Assembly: GCA_038087875.1 (NCBI GenBank)
Contig: JAXLNO010000356.1
Span: 1 to 64,000, forward strand
Source of the DNA: Malacoraja senta
Lineage: Eukaryota
DNA: 64,000 bases
Direction of reading: 5' to 3'
The position numbers were made by a program, and so were the translations under genes. The notes beneath the pieces were generated by a model, which saw nothing but the letters and a program-made list of their open reading frames with translations, did no database searches and had not been told where the DNA came from. Below are positions 11,161-24,492 of the stretch, piece by piece. Within the stretch, counting starts at the first letter, position 1; every line of letters begins with the position of its first letter.

Positions 11161-12323
11161 AAATTATTCTCGGTGACGATGACCAGACTTAGCACAGACT
11201 GAGAATTGTGCATTGAAATTGTGAAGGATATCCGACCATGTGAATCTGGAGTGAAGGTGGACCACTCGGCCCTTGAGCCTGCTGTGTCTTTCAATAAGAT
11301 CACCACTGACTTGTTTAGCTCAGTGAAGTCCTTTGTTCACAAAAGGAATGTTGGAAAAGACCATTCCTTATTTGGTCTGTGGTTTTCAAAGCAAAAACAC
11401 ATTGAAATCCCTTGCTATGTATTAATTAAATATTAATTCACAATTTCTTGGTGGTGAAAATTAAAAAAAAACATTCAGTCAGTTCAAGCAGCCTGCTGCT
11501 AACCATTGTCTATTGTTGTTTCATTTCATTAATAAAAACTGGACTGAATGCTATCTCAACTACCATATAAGCTGCTATTTCCTGACTTTGACCAGACCTA
11601 TACACAGATTTTACTCGTAAAATTCTTGTTTGTGTACCATTTACAAGTTACTATTTTTAAATGTGTTTCATTTTCTTCTGATCATTTCATATTTTATTCC
11701 TGTCATACAACGGAAAGAAAGTTTCATAGGCTTGCGCCATTTCTTAAGTGCTATTTGGTTTTATTCTTTCTCACTCCTTCCCTTTGCTTTTCTCAGTATT
11801 TGCTTGATAATGTCTAAAATGAAAATGTAATTCACATTATGAATATCTAGCACCAAGTGGGCTGAATGTTTAGGGAAATGTATTCAATATGTTGGTGCTA
11901 TCAATAGGAAAGGCAACATTGCATTATTTTAACATCTGGATGTGTGTTATTTTTCTTTAAATAGTAAGTTTGATCACTTTTTCAACCACAAATAATTAGC
12001 AATTTCACAAGAACTTTAGCTGTTTCAGATGTTTCTGTAGCTCATCAACAACTTGATCTATTCGGAGCAGGATGCTTTTTGTACATTTTGCTGAGTTGGT
12101 AATGAGTCACGCTACTACGAAATATATTCAATCAATATATGTTTAATTCAACTTGTGGTGATAAATAGAAACAGGAAACAAAGGCAAGACTTTTATCAAA
12201 CAAAATGGACGTGGAACATGTGTCATTGCCAGATATCAGGCCACCGATAATCAATTGTAGATGAGCATTTTCCAATGACCAAAATCTACTACAATCGTAT
12301 GCAGTTCTGGTGCAAGATCTAAA

Positions 12324-12580
12324 ATCAACTGCTGGAGGAACTCGGCAAGTCAGGCAGCATCTGGGGATGAAAATGGACAGACGATGTTTTGGGTGAGATC
12401 CTTCTTTGGATTTCTTCAGAAGTGTTCTGACCCTTCGTCTTTCTGTCACTTCTCCATTCCCCTCCACAGATGGTGCCTGACCCGCTGAGTTCCTCCAGCA
12501 GTTTGCTCTCTTCAAATGGTTCCTTCAACAGTGAGTGTTTTGCTCCAGATGTCGGCATCTGCAGTCTCTTGTGCCTCTTT
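12324..12580. mobile_element. Older Penelope-derived inverted pLTR unit, hammerhead cores degraded
   Basis: CTGCTGGAGGAACTC...GAGTTCCTCCAGCAG inverted arms. Confidence 0.7.
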
Positions 12581-13056
12581 TTCCAAGAGTTTTAGTAAAA
12601 CATCTGGATCAGGTCATGGAGCACTTAGGAATTCTCACATCTGGTGGAAATAAGGCTCAAGTAATCTGAAGCATCTATTTAACACTAGAATAATTGCAAC
12701 TGCATTTTATTGTGAGTGCCTCATGCAGAGAGACAAGGATGCCAACTGAAGAGAGCATCTACAATTTCAGATTGTGCTCCCATGATGTCAACAGAGCCAT
12801 TTTGGGAGGTGTACCGATTACAGTATGAACATAGTTTCATGTGTTTACATCGTGCACAGCTAGTTCAACATTTATAATGGTAACTGGGTGTAAAGTTGTC
12901 ACTCTCAATTACAAACAAATTCTGTAGCATACCACCTACAGTGTAGAGGGCATAATTATAGGGTGACAAATTCACTTGGTGGTTGCCATAGGAATTAGCA
13001 AAGAGAATATTTTTTAAAAGGACAGAAATATCTGCATGACCTGACTCATTGACCTT

Positions 13057-13445
13057 GTGTATGAAGGAACAACAGATGCTGATTTAAACTGTAGACACAA
13101 AAAGCTGGAGTAACTCAGCGGGTCAGGTAGCATCTCTGGAGAGAAGGAATGGATAACGTTTCGGGTCGAGACCCTTCTTCAGTTTGGTTAGGGATAAGGG
13201 AAACGAGAGATATGGACGATGATGTAGATAGATAAAGAACAATGAATGAAAGATATGTTTCAGAAAGACATGAAAGCATGTCTTTCATTCATTGTTCTTT
13301 ATCTCTCTACATCATCGTCTATATCTCTTGTTTCCCTTATCGCTAACCAGTCTGAAAAACGGTCTCGACCCGAAACGTCACCCATTCCTTCTCTCCAGAG
13401 ATACTGCCTGTCCCGCTGAGTTACTCCAGCTTTTTGTGTCCATCT
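13057..13445. mobile_element. Penelope-derived inverted pLTR pair; hammerhead core on - strand (13155-13182) and a degenerate core on + strand (13352-13379)
   Basis: About 180-bp inverted arms centred near 13270. Confidence 0.85.
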
Positions 13446-13813
13446 CCATTTACCTTGTTTCTCTGCTTTTGCTTCACCTCAAGATTTGGTTTTAACTCTG
13501 AGACTCCATGGGAAATTGATGTTTATTTATTCATAATCCATAATCTGATATAGACAAATGACATATTGCTTATACCCATAGGGGCAATAACTCAAAATTA
13601 TTTGCTTAATAGTAAGTGATTTCAAATTGATAAATTTGACCGTTAAGTGAAATGTATTGTTTATTTCTTGTGCTGATGTAGAGAATCAATTGACCTTTCA
13701 AATCGACAGACCCCTGCACATAATCTAATGTTATGAGTTTCATAACGATTTAGTTTTGATATTTGGGTTGCAAATTGTCTATTCTGGCCAACTTTTGTCC
13801 ACAGCCTGTTTAC

Positions 13814-13941
13814 CTGTGACCCAGTTCTGCACATGTCCATGTTGAGAATCTCCTTTGCCTGGTTAGTGTACCATACATGCTAACTCAGTGATTCCATGCA
13901 GTTTTTGCCTTTCTCCATATTGCAAAGTGCTCTGCGAGGCT
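13814..13941 (-). ncRNA. Candidate exon of leftward non-coding transcript
   Basis: TCATATCTTCAG acceptor and CAG|GTAAAC donor; stop codons in all three frames. Confidence 0.35.
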
Positions 13942-13974
13942 CTGAAGATATGATAAGATTCTCAATTAATGCAA

Positions 13975-14277
13975 GTGGGTGGCGTAGTGGTAGAATTGCT
14001 GCCTTACAGGGCTTACAGCAGCCGAAACCCGGGTTCGATCCTGACTACGTGTGCTGTCTGTACGGAGTTTGTACGTTCTCCCCATGACCGTGTGCGTTTT
14101 CTCCGAGATCTTCGGTTTCCTCCCACACTCCAAAAACGTACAAGTTTGTAGGTTAATTGGCTTGGTGTAATTGTAAATTGTCCCTAGTGTGTATCGGGTA
14201 GTGTTAATGTGTGGGGATCGCTGGTTGGTGCAGACCCGGTGGGCTGAAGGGCCTGTTTCCGCGCTGTATCTCTAAAC
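13975..14277 (+). mobile_element. HE1-type tRNA-derived V-SINE
   Basis: A/B-box-like head (TGGCGTAGTGG, GGTTCGATCC), V-domain (GAGTTTGTACGTTCTCCCC..GGTTTCCTCCCAC) and CR1-like tail (GGGCCTGTTTCCGCGCTGTATCTCTAAAC). Confidence 0.92.
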
Positions 14278-15364
14278 CATTGATCTTTTAAATACCGCAG
14301 CAGAAATTTACACATTAAACTTTCCGTTATAAATTTAATTATATGACACTAGGAATGGATCTAAATTTGAAGATCATGCAACATATCCTGTCCATCAAAA
14401 TGACCATTTACTTCCACCCTAACTACAGGTAGACACAAAAAGCTGGAGCAACTCAGCGGAACAGGCAGCATCTCTGGAGAGAAGGAATTTGTGACGTTTC
14501 GGATCCTAACTACATCTCTATCTTACGTTTACGCTTGCTGAAACTCTTATCCAAGTTCTTACCACTCCGATTTCCCCAGCTCTCTGTCAGTTACCTCATA
14601 CTTTCCATCCCTCTGTTTTCTTTTATTGCTCCATCAAAGCGTCTACCTGTCCTCAAAGTACAGAGTAAAATCTACATCAGGGAAACCTATCTACTGCCAA
14701 GCCCATTTCTGTAAATTCCTTCAGCTTTGTGTCCTCGGTCCACTATTCATGCCTAATATTTATATGTTTTCCTTTTACTCTGTCGCTGGTGGCAGAGACT
14801 TCAATCAATTTAAATCCGTTTTAACTCCATCATTAAAATCTGTTCAATACCGACTGTATTATGTAAATGGTGTTTAAGAGTTGAATGATAAAACTCCTTA
14901 AAGGTCTATTTTCCCAGAAGTAAGTTTCTATCATCTAAAAATCTGACAGTATTATGTATTGTTTTCATTTGAGGTTAATTTTGCACAAAAATATAACAAT
15001 TAATGTCAGATTATAAAGAGATGATCAAATAATCCACTAGAATTATCTTGAATAATGGGTAATAGAGGATGCTATGATCTTTAGTGGATTCATCGTGGTA
15101 TCTATTTTGATTATGCAAACTTCACTGGAAACTAGATTTTTGACATGTGCCTTGGAACAGTCAGATCAGCTGTCTGACATCTACTATTCTTGTGCTTCCA
15201 CTGGTCATTTAAAAAAAATGGTTGTGAAGTGAACAAAAATAGTGACCTGAATACTTATTTTATTTTCAATCCCGTGCTTTACTTTTGTTTTCCCATTTTT
15301 GTACCTGAGTATCTCCTGATGAATTTAAAGACTGGAGTATCTAAAGTCTGGAGTTTATTAATTA

Positions 15365-16679
15365 CTAGACTAAGTGGGACCCGTTGGGACCCATGTTCAC
15401 ACGGGAGGGCTGATCCCCCGACGCAATATTCCACCTCTCCACCAATTCCAATATTGGTGGCCAGTGGGGGGGCTTTCTGGAGCGCTGGTATGGGTTCTTG
15501 GGGTGGCAGCTCAGTCCCTCAAGCCTGATGTGCTGGCAGCTCACGGCTGGTGGGCTGGCAGTTGACTCATGGCTATTCCTTCAAATTCCATTTCAAGCAG
15601 GGTGCAAGGCCATCAAATTCAAGTGCAGTTTCATACCACTTTCAGCAGGGTGCAAGGCCACCAAATTCAGTGCAGTGTCATACCACTTCAAGCAGGGTGC
15701 AAGGCCGCCAAATTCAAGTGCAGTTTCATTCCACTTCAAGCAGGGTGTAAGGCCACCAAAATCAATTGCAGCTTCATGCCATTTCATGCAGGGTGAAACC
15801 ACCATAAACCCATAAAAAACACCAAACTCACAGTTCAGTAGACATTCAGTGTGTTCAGTTGATTCACAGCTCAGACAGAGTCATGACCTCTCCCTCCCCC
15901 ATCATGCAGAGACTGAGCCACACCCACACTTCAGGGTTTTATAACCCCCCCTCCCACCAGAAAAGGTGTGGCCTTCATGGCGTGATTGACAGGAGAGAGA
16001 TTCTCAACATTTTTAAACACTAATAACACTTTTATTTTTCATTGATGGGAAGAATTCTTTGCACCTGCTGAGTGGAGGGGGACTGAGTAAGATGGCCAAA
16101 AATCACAGCCGTAAGTGGTAGCGTTTATCTAAAATCAATATACAGTGCAAACAGGAAGTTACCCAAAGCAACCAAACCACCATTTGCAGTAGTGCCTTTT
16201 AACTTCAAGCCAAAGCACCCAAACCACCATTTGCAGTAGTGCCTTTTAACTTCAAACCAAAGCACCCAAACAACCATTTGCAGGCAGTGCCTTTTTACTT
16301 CAAACCAACCATATTTTCATTTTCAAACCACATTAAGGGGACTCACAGTTGAGTAGACATGTGTTCCGTGTTATTCAGAGCTCAGAGAGACGTGACGTGA
16401 CCCTCTGGCTTCCTCCACCTTGCAGAGACTGAGTGAGGCACATCACTTCCTGGTTTTATAGTCCCTCCCCCTCCCTTCAGCAGGCGCAGCAGAGAGAATG
16501 GCAATTTAAAAAAAAACATTAATATCTCTCTGATTTTTCATCGATGCGAAAAATCCTCTGTTCCAGGAAGGCGGACGTGGGCTCTGAGCGAGGTGGCCAA
16601 AAATGACGGCCGTAGGTGGCGGCGTTCTCTCGGAAATCGCACCACAGTGGGCCAAAAGCGGTCAAGATCAGACTTTTAT
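15365..16679 (-). mobile_element. Non-autonomous Helitron-like element with internal minisatellites
   Basis: Minus-strand 3' end is a hairpin (GGGTCCC-AAC-GGGTCCC, 1 mismatch) + 7 nt + CTAG|T; 5' motif AAAAGTCTGATCTTG; tandem units at 15588-15795 and 16168-16310; duplicated module at about 15830-16160 and 16340-16670. Confidence 0.75.
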
Positions 16680-17274
16680 CATTCAACTTTTAAACACCAT
16701 ATAGATGTCAATTCCTCCTCATCCTACAGACACTACGGGTCCAGTGTAACGGCTCTTAAAATAATGTACATATACTATAAACTCGTTTCATTTCTTTTTG
16801 CTGATAATACTCCACATTGGTTATAGACTTAATTTTCACTGGGTTTTAACATTCATTTTCAATTGCCTATTACGGAGAGATGCAGACTGTTTCTGCAGTA
16901 TGAATGTCTGTTGCTTTTTACTCCAGCCATTCCAATTATTTTACTTCTGAGTTTCCTGATGAATTAGGCTAAGCAGGCAAGATGAGAAAGCGTAACATGA
17001 TTTCAACCTCACTATTTAAAGGGATGCTGCAAACATAACATTGTTAGCACATTGCACAAAGCTTTCCACTGCGCATGTCCTGTCAAGCAGGGAGATTTAC
17101 ATTGCTATAACGTGATCTGTTCAGAGCTGTGGTTAAGAATTAATGAATAGATTCACATAAAAATCTGCTGAGTCTTACAATTGTGGAATACAAACCCAAT
17201 TCTGCATTGCAATTGTGTTTACCAAGCTCAATTTAAATACAAGTCTTGCTTAGTTAACCAGACATCAGGTCATT

Positions 17275-19352
17275 TCTGAGTCAGCCATGATGTCGAGCTC
17301 TTCTTGCGTCACCTCTACCTCTGGCACTATCTCTGGCAATAACCTTCAATTCATCGGTTCCCATTTCCTCATCTTTACCATGGACGTCCAGTCCCATTCC
17401 ACCTCCATCCCCCACCAGTAGAGCCTCAGGGCCCTCCAGTTCTTCTTTAAATAGAGACCAAAGCAGTTCCCCTCAACTCACACTCTCCTCCCCTGTCAGA
17501 ACCTGTCCTCACCCCCAGCAACTTCTCTTTCGAATCTCATTTTTCCAAGTCAAAGGTGTAGCCATTGGCACTCGCAATGGACCCAGTTACTCTTGCCTAT
17601 ATGTTGGTTACTTTGAACAGATGTCCCAAACACATACTGGCACCAGCCCCCGACTCTTTCTCCACGACATTGATGACTGCATTGGAGCTGCCTCCTGCAT
17701 TCATGCAGAACTCGTTCATTTCATCAACTTTAATACTAACTTCCACCCTCATTCTCTCTGTCTCCATCGCAGGGACTGACTATTGACTGACATCTACTGC
17801 AAACTCATTGACTCCCACAGTTAACTTGACTACATCTCCTCCCACCCTGCCTCTTGCAAGGTCATCATTTCTTACTCTCAATTGCTCCATCCCTGCTGCA
17901 TCTGCTCCAGTATAATGCTTTCAATAACCTTCAATTCCTCGATTCACATTTCCACATCTTTACCGTGGATGTCCAGTCCCTTCACACCTCCATCCCCCAC
18001 CAGCAAAGCCTACGGTCCACCCCAGTTCTTCCTTGAACAGAGACTCAATCAGTTCCCCTCAACTAACATTCCCCTTGCCTGTTGAAACTTGTCCTCACCC
18101 TCAACAATTTTTCTTCAGACTCTCACTTTTTTTTCAAGCCAAAGGTGTAGCCATGGGCATTTGCAATTTCCACTCTGTGACTTTTAAAATGCCCTCTTTA
18201 TATGGTCGTCCCCTCTCCCCCCCCCCCCATCCAGCTGTTGTATACATCCCTCACCCATGTGTCCTCTGCGTCCTGCAGTTCTGCTCTTGCTCCTCCTCCA
18301 CCAGACGGAACAAGGATAGACTTCCCCTGCTCCTCGCATTTCACCCCACCAGCCTCCGCATCCAACAATTCATTCTCAGACATTTCCATCACCTCTAACA
18401 TGATCCCACCATCAACTCTCCCTCTGTAATTCCTTGGTTCACTCGTCCCTTTCCACCCAACTTGCCCCCTCCCCAGGTACTTTCCCCTGCAACCACTGGA
18501 GAGGTAACACCTGTCCTTATACCTCCTCCCTCCCCTCTATCCAGGTACCCCAGCAGCCCTTCCAGGTGAGACAGGGGTTCACGTGAATCTCTTCAAACCT
18601 CGTCTACTGCATCCGGTGCTGCAAGTGTGGCCTCCTTTATTTCAGCTAGATCAGATGTAGACTAGGTGACCATATCACCAAACTCTTGTGCTCTGTCTGT
18701 CGTAGCCAGCTGGATCTCCTGATGGCTAACAACTCTAACTCTCCTTCCCATTCTCATACCAACCTTTCTGCCTTGGTCTCCTCCATTACTAAAGTGAGAC
18801 TACAACACAAACTGGAGGAACAGCACCTTATAAGTTGTTTGGGTAGCTTACAACCAAATATTGAAAGTTCCAATCTCTCCCCCATGTGCACCTATCCCAT
18901 TTCTCCCACTATATCCCATCGTCAGTCACCCTGCTACTTTCCCAACCTTTGTATATTCATCTCCCATCCCAAAATCCCTCATTTCCCTTTTATTCCTATT
19001 CTTTCCCCTCCCCATTGTCTCCTTCGGTCTATATATTCCTCCTTCTGTATTCACATTTCATTCCTCCTCTTCTCTCCTTATCCAACATCCTTTGTCTCCT
19101 TTTCACCTCTAGCCTTTATCACTTGCTAATCAAATCTTCCCTCTCACCTGTATTCGCCACCTGTTCCTTGCCAAGCTTCGTCCTGCCCCCATTGTTCTTT
19201 TCCAACTTTCTCCCCCCCCCCCACTTCCATCAGTCTGTAAAAGGGTCTCGAAACATCACTTGTCCAATTCCTCCAATGATGCTGCCAAACCTGCTGAGTT
19301 CCTCCAGCACGCTTCTGCTCAAGATTCCAACATCTGCAGTTCCTTGTGTCTC
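17275..19352 (+). mobile_element. Degenerate Penelope-like element (RT and GIY-YIG remnants, pLTR)
   Basis: FTMDVQS/FTVDVQSLHTSIPH, KGVAMG, SSNLVYCIRC..CGLLY, KLEEQHLISCLGSLQP; internal duplication 17338-17565 vs 17922-18152; decayed hammerhead at about 19234. Confidence 0.88.
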
Positions 19353-19688
19353 CATAAGGTCCTTTATCCAAACCAAACTTGCAGCTCATTGCAAAGCAAA
19401 ATTCTTAACGATTGCTATTAAATAAATAAATAATCTGCTAGCATTTTTTTGATTAAAAATGTTGTGCCACTGAGCAGATGCTTTCAATAATTTTTAAGCT
19501 CTGCCTCAGTACAGCTGTTAAAAACTTATTTTTCTCAGGACAGCATATGGTGTTCATGAAATAGAATATGGCTGTTTCTCTGAAAAGTGATTCTTAAAAA
19601 CATTGCATTATTAATTTAATCTGTTACTTTTCCACTCCCCGTAGTGGAAAATGGAGCAGGATATATGCAGCCAACAGATATTTTGCAT

Positions 19689-19787
19689 TAGATAGACGCA
19701 AAATGCTGGAGTAACTCAGCGGGACAGGCAGCATCTCTAGAGAGAAGGAATGGCTGACGTTTCGGGTCGAGACCCTTCTTCAGACCC
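19689..19787 (-). mobile_element. Penelope pLTR fragment with intact minimal hammerhead core (19756-19783)
   Basis: Minus strand reads GGGT-CTGAAGA-AGGGTCTCGACCC-GAAACGTC-AGCC. Confidence 0.85.
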
Positions 19788-20307
19788 TAGATATTTTGCA
19801 ATGTTCCGGTAACCAACAGTTAAACCAGTGAATCATAAACGAGTAGAACCTTTAAAAAAAAATCAAAATATGATAAATTAGTAAGATAATTATTAATGCC
19901 TTTTAATTCTTATAATTCATCTACTTGGATCATAAACAAAAATTGTAATCAAGGGAAAATGCAATGTAATTACAATTTATATATTCATTTGACATACTTA
20001 TAAGCAAACATTGAGAGGAGTCTGCTTCCTTTTTTTGTTTAACAAACCTTTGTTGGAAAATGCTTTAAAAATATTTTCAGGTAGCATTTTGCTTTTGCAA
20101 TATTTTACTAAACCTAAATGGACCTTTGACCATGACAACATAGTTTGGTCAATACTGACAGAAGTTTTAAGATTCTGAAGTGTGCCACTGATCTATCCCA
20201 GTGTCCAGTATATGATACTCGAAACCAATACGTGAAAAACATTACCTGGTAATTTGTTAGCATTGCTAATTGTAAAATCTGGTTACATTTTATTTAAGTG
20301 CACTCAC

Positions 20308-20356
20308 TTTGTTGAACCAACATTGTAGCAGTCATGGGTCATGTAGCAGGGTCCCA
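20308..20356 (-). ncRNA. Candidate exon of leftward transcript
   Basis: Pyrimidine tract ending CTACCAG acceptor; AAA|GTGAGT donor. Confidence 0.3.
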
Positions 20357-20707
20357 CTGGTAGCAGTGAGGTAAATGAGGAAGAAATGTTAAACAAGCCA
20401 CCAGGATAATTCATTTAAAATAAAACTGCTGGAGGGACTCAGTGGGCAGATAGGTGGGAAACGGACAGATGACATTTTAGGCTGGAAGTCTTCTTCAGAC
20501 TGATGAAGCAAAGGGAAGATAGTTGGTTAAAAGCGGTGAGGGGATAGGATGGGCAAGAACTACCAAATGATAGATGGATCGAGGTGAGGAAGGGTTGATT
20601 GGCAGATGAATGAGGTGGGAGAGATACGGGTAGACTTAGTAAACAAAGCTGGAGATGATACTGGTGATGGAGGTGATAACCTTTGCCACCGTATATTTTA
20701 CATATAC

Positions 20708-20796
20708 CTGAACAGCACTTTAGTTTAGCATCCCATGTAAAACAGGCTAACTGTCCATTGAGTGATGCATTGAGACTGAAGGCTTGAATGTAGGCT
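20708..20796 (-). ncRNA. Candidate exon of leftward transcript
   Basis: CTTCTGCTGTTCTATCTCCAG acceptor; CAG|GTATAT donor; not recognised as a repeat. Confidence 0.35.
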
Positions 20797-21516
20797 CTGG
20801 AGATAGAACAGCAGAAGATCTTGTGAGGCACAAGCTAGTTTTTCATTCATTCTTGAAAAGGTAATTCACACTTTTCAAATTTATCTCATAATGTATCCAG
20901 TGTTTTTTTGAGATAGTACCTCTAAAACATTAAAATCTAAATTTTCACATGTTTAATATTACAAAAAGATGACTAAAGTTTAAAAATGAAAATAATTAAT
21001 TAATTTAATTGTTGAGGCTTAAGCAGCTTATAAGATGGCAATCTGCCAAAGTCACCAATAGCAAAGAATGTTATGCGTACCAGCATATTTTAGTCTTCAG
21101 AAAAGCACTGCATTTATCGATGTAGACATGTGTGACCAATAATTTACTTGTCAACCTGGTATTTAACTGTCTACACTGTGACTTACAACTAGGCTTGGGT
21201 GTGTGCAGATTATCACATACGAATGTTGATGAGCTTCAGTTATGGGCTCCTTTTCTTTCTCTCTTCGTGTGCCATCCAACTTTACTTTTCTGTCCTCTCC
21301 CAAATTCTCTCAAACCTTGAAATTGGAAATTCTGGACATAAGTAGAAACTATTCAACCCCTGCCATTCTACACCAGGAAGCTCACATGCTGTGTGTTTTT
21401 AGTGTGTCTTCCTTTAGATTTGCACTTTGGTAGAAGTTGAACTTAAAGGAGATAATAATGTGGAATGGCTATAAACAAGTTCAGGCCTTCTATTGGAACT
21501 TTGTTTGGTATCTTAC

Positions 21517-21610
21517 ATAATTTGCAACTGAATACTTTGCCTGATAGAAAAATGGCCAATTCGGAAGAAGATAGTGTGCGCAAGAAGGGATCGTTTTCAA
21601 AACCACCAAG
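21517..21610 (-). ncRNA. Candidate exon of leftward transcript
   Basis: CTCCCTTGTTTACAG acceptor; TAT|GTAAGA donor. Confidence 0.4.
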
Positions 21611-23311
21611 CTGTAAACAAGGGAGTAGGCATGCATCATGACTGACCCCTGTCACCTTACACTACCTCCGGCTGGATGCACAATTGACCTGCACTGCACA
21701 CCTTGTCACAATACTACTCACAACACATCTTCTTAAGGTACCTGATAAGGTACAAGGGCAGTATCTCATTTGAATTCTCCACGCATTATTATAAATCCTT
21801 TCTTGTGACAAATGAGGATTCCCCAGTGCATTGTTATATTCACACAGGTTACTTTCTTCTGAGACAGAAGGGTCTGTGTTCAAGACCATAATAAACCAAA
21901 ATGACATAACATGCAATGACATGAAACGCCTTATTTTATTTTTTGTATGATCTTGCAATGGTGGGTAGATTGGCACAGACAAAGAAGCTTAATTTTACCT
22001 GTCCTTTAACTACAGAGATATACGCTCTGATTTCACCCATTGCCCTCTCCCACCCTCTGCTACCTAGATTAACTTGTTTGGGGGGAAGGAGGGGGAAGAA
22101 CAATGGACAATGGAGGACCTGGCATGGGGGTACTGCCAGGAGGGGTGAGGGGGTGGGACAATGGAGGAGATAGCGGGGGTACTTTGCAGCTTTGTCAGTG
22201 GTGTATGTGGTGACTATTCACATACCTTGGGTATAGAAGCAAAGAATTTCACTGTGCCTTGTCACATTTGACAATAAAGTATTCTTAGTTTTGATGAAGG
22301 ATTAGGTACCTGGAACATTTAACTGTTTCTCTTTCCACAGATACTGCCTAAGTATGTCCATCATTTTCTGTTTTGGCCCCATCAGCCTCTCCATTGCATG
22401 TAAATGATCAAGTGGCAGAATTTGAAACACTATCAAGTATTTATCCATCAATCAATGGCACTTGAAAAAATAGGTATGCTGGTCATTGTCACGCTTCTAT
22501 GAGCTAAATATGCACAGATTGACTATTGCCTCTCCTGCATTATAATAGTGGGCACATTTTGAAACTATTTAATTCACGGTTAAGTGCTTTGGGATATCCC
22601 AAATAGGATACCAAAGTCATTGTACAAAGATGAGCCCGTTTCCCTACATTCCCCTCATCCCTTTCTATCCAAACCACCCCATCCCCAGCAGTTGACAGAT
22701 AGATTCTTGATTAGCATGGCTCAGAGGTCAGAATGGCAGAGTAGACTTGATGGGCCGAATGGCCTAATTCTGCTCCTATCACATGATATTCACATAGTTA
22801 TATTATCACTATGGCCTATTTTCTATGTTTCTATATTCTGGATGATCAGCCATGAGCATATTGAACGGTGGTGCTGGCTCAAAGGGCCGAAAGGCCTACT
22901 CCTACACGTTTTTTAAAATATTTTTTGCTATGTTTTCCACCAAACATACTTTACCCTGCAGGGGTCCCCACCCGCAGCTTCTTGTATCCTCTTTATTCTT
23001 TGGAATTTCCTTTCCAGCAGCCTGTGAATGTCTTTGAATTAGCACGCACAAAACAGAAATGCTGTCATTAATTTATTTGGCACGGAGCTATTTTAATTGA
23101 AGACCATCCAACCCTGAAATGTTAATTGTATTTCTCTCTTCTCTTGCACCGCCTGACCTGTTGAGTAGTCCAGCCATTTTTATGTTTACGTTTAAGATTT
23201 CCAGCACCCATTGTGTTTCGGTTTTGTGAATCAGAAAATAGGGGAAACATTCAGCGGGTAAAGCAGCTTCTGTGGGGAGAAAACTAGAGTAGTGGCTCAC
23301 GTCGAAAACTC

Positions 23312-23523
23312 CAGGAACTTCATACGAGGTGTACAGCAATTCATTCTTCCCCCGCACAATTAAAGCATGGAATAATCTCCACCCTACAGTAGTTACCCAA
23401 CCAGATGCAACTAAATTTAAGGTAGCTCTTTCTTCCCAAAAACCCCTTCTGGCTTAAGTCCTCCCTCCACCACCTCCAGTTTAAATTCCATTTGGAATAT
23501 TTTGGAGGACCAAGAAACCAAGA
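23312..23523 (+). mobile_element. 3' end of a CR1/L2-group LINE; second copy on - strand at about 49420-49820 (interrupted)
   Basis: YSNSFFPRTIKAWNNL C-terminus; short 3' UTR ending CCAAGAAACCAAGA. Confidence 0.7.
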
Positions 23524-23834
23524 GGTCTTTAATTTGAAACGTTAACTGTTTCGCTTTCCGCGTTAGCTGTCTGACCTGCAGTGTTTTTTAAATTTTATTT
23601 TCTTTCTTTTTTTAATGTGCACTCTCTCCAGAAACTGCAGAGGTTTTGGTGTGTTTTCTATCATTGGGCTACCCGGGGAGCACAGGCGAGAGGAGGAGGA
23701 GTCCTGGTACAAATGAGGCAGAGGAATCCCTCTGCCATTGAGGAGTTTGTTGCAGGAGCTAGAGTCGGTTGCCTGCCGCTTAACGCTGGCATACGGGGAG
23801 AGGGGCGGGCGAAGCTTCCCTTTCGCCAGCTCAC

Positions 23835-23960
23835 CTGAGGCAGTAGGGGAAGGAGAAATAGAGAGGCTCAGTGGTGGCGCCGGAGGAAGCAACAGCAGCA
23901 GCAGCGAGGATGCGGCAGCGCTCCCAGTAGAGGAGGAGGCGAAGATTAGCAGCCGCGGAG
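23835..23960 (-). other. Probable non-coding first exon of leftward transcript (5' end approximate)
   Basis: CAG|GTGAGC donor just downstream of a minus-strand CCAAT box in the CpG island. Confidence 0.55.
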
Positions 23961-24109
23961 GTTGGCTCCTGCCGCTGATTGGCATCGCTGACCAACAACA
24001 ACCGGCCCCGGAATATTTCCTTGCACGGAAAGGCAAGGAAGCGCCCCCGGTTTATGTGTTAAAATGGTGCATCTTATGCAGGATCCTCGGATTAAACATT
24101 AACATTTGA

Positions 24110-24241
24110 GATCGCAGCCCGCAGTCACGGTGCGGGGGCGGCTGCAGCGAGGGTTGTATCAGGAGGCGGCGAGCGGGGGGGAATCCTCCATCTCTCCGGG
24201 ATGTCCGGGATGACTGGACTTCCCTGGACCTCTCCCTTCTG
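24110..24241 (+). other. Probable first exon of rightward gene (5' end approximate, gene not identified)
   Basis: CTG|GTGAGT consensus donor in the CpG island. Confidence 0.55.
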
Positions 24242-24492
24242 GTGAGTAACTGTCGCTGACTCTCATTCCCACAGTGTGTGTGTGCGTGCCTTTCAAGCGC
24301 CTGGGCAAAGGGGGCTGGCTTGGAAAGGGGCATCTTGGTCGGCATGGACGGGTTGGGCCGAAGGGCCTGTTTCCCGTGCTGTGTGACTCTGTGGTGATAA
24401 TGGTTACCTCTCGCTGGGGGGGGGAGCAAACACCCAACCCTCAGGCCTGGCACCGGGTGGGGACTGGGTGGGAGTGGAAGGAAAGTGCTGGA

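Noticed and set aside
13975..14050. tRNA-like sequences at SINE heads
   Set aside because: They are SINE promoter regions followed by a V-domain and LINE tail, not intact tRNA genes
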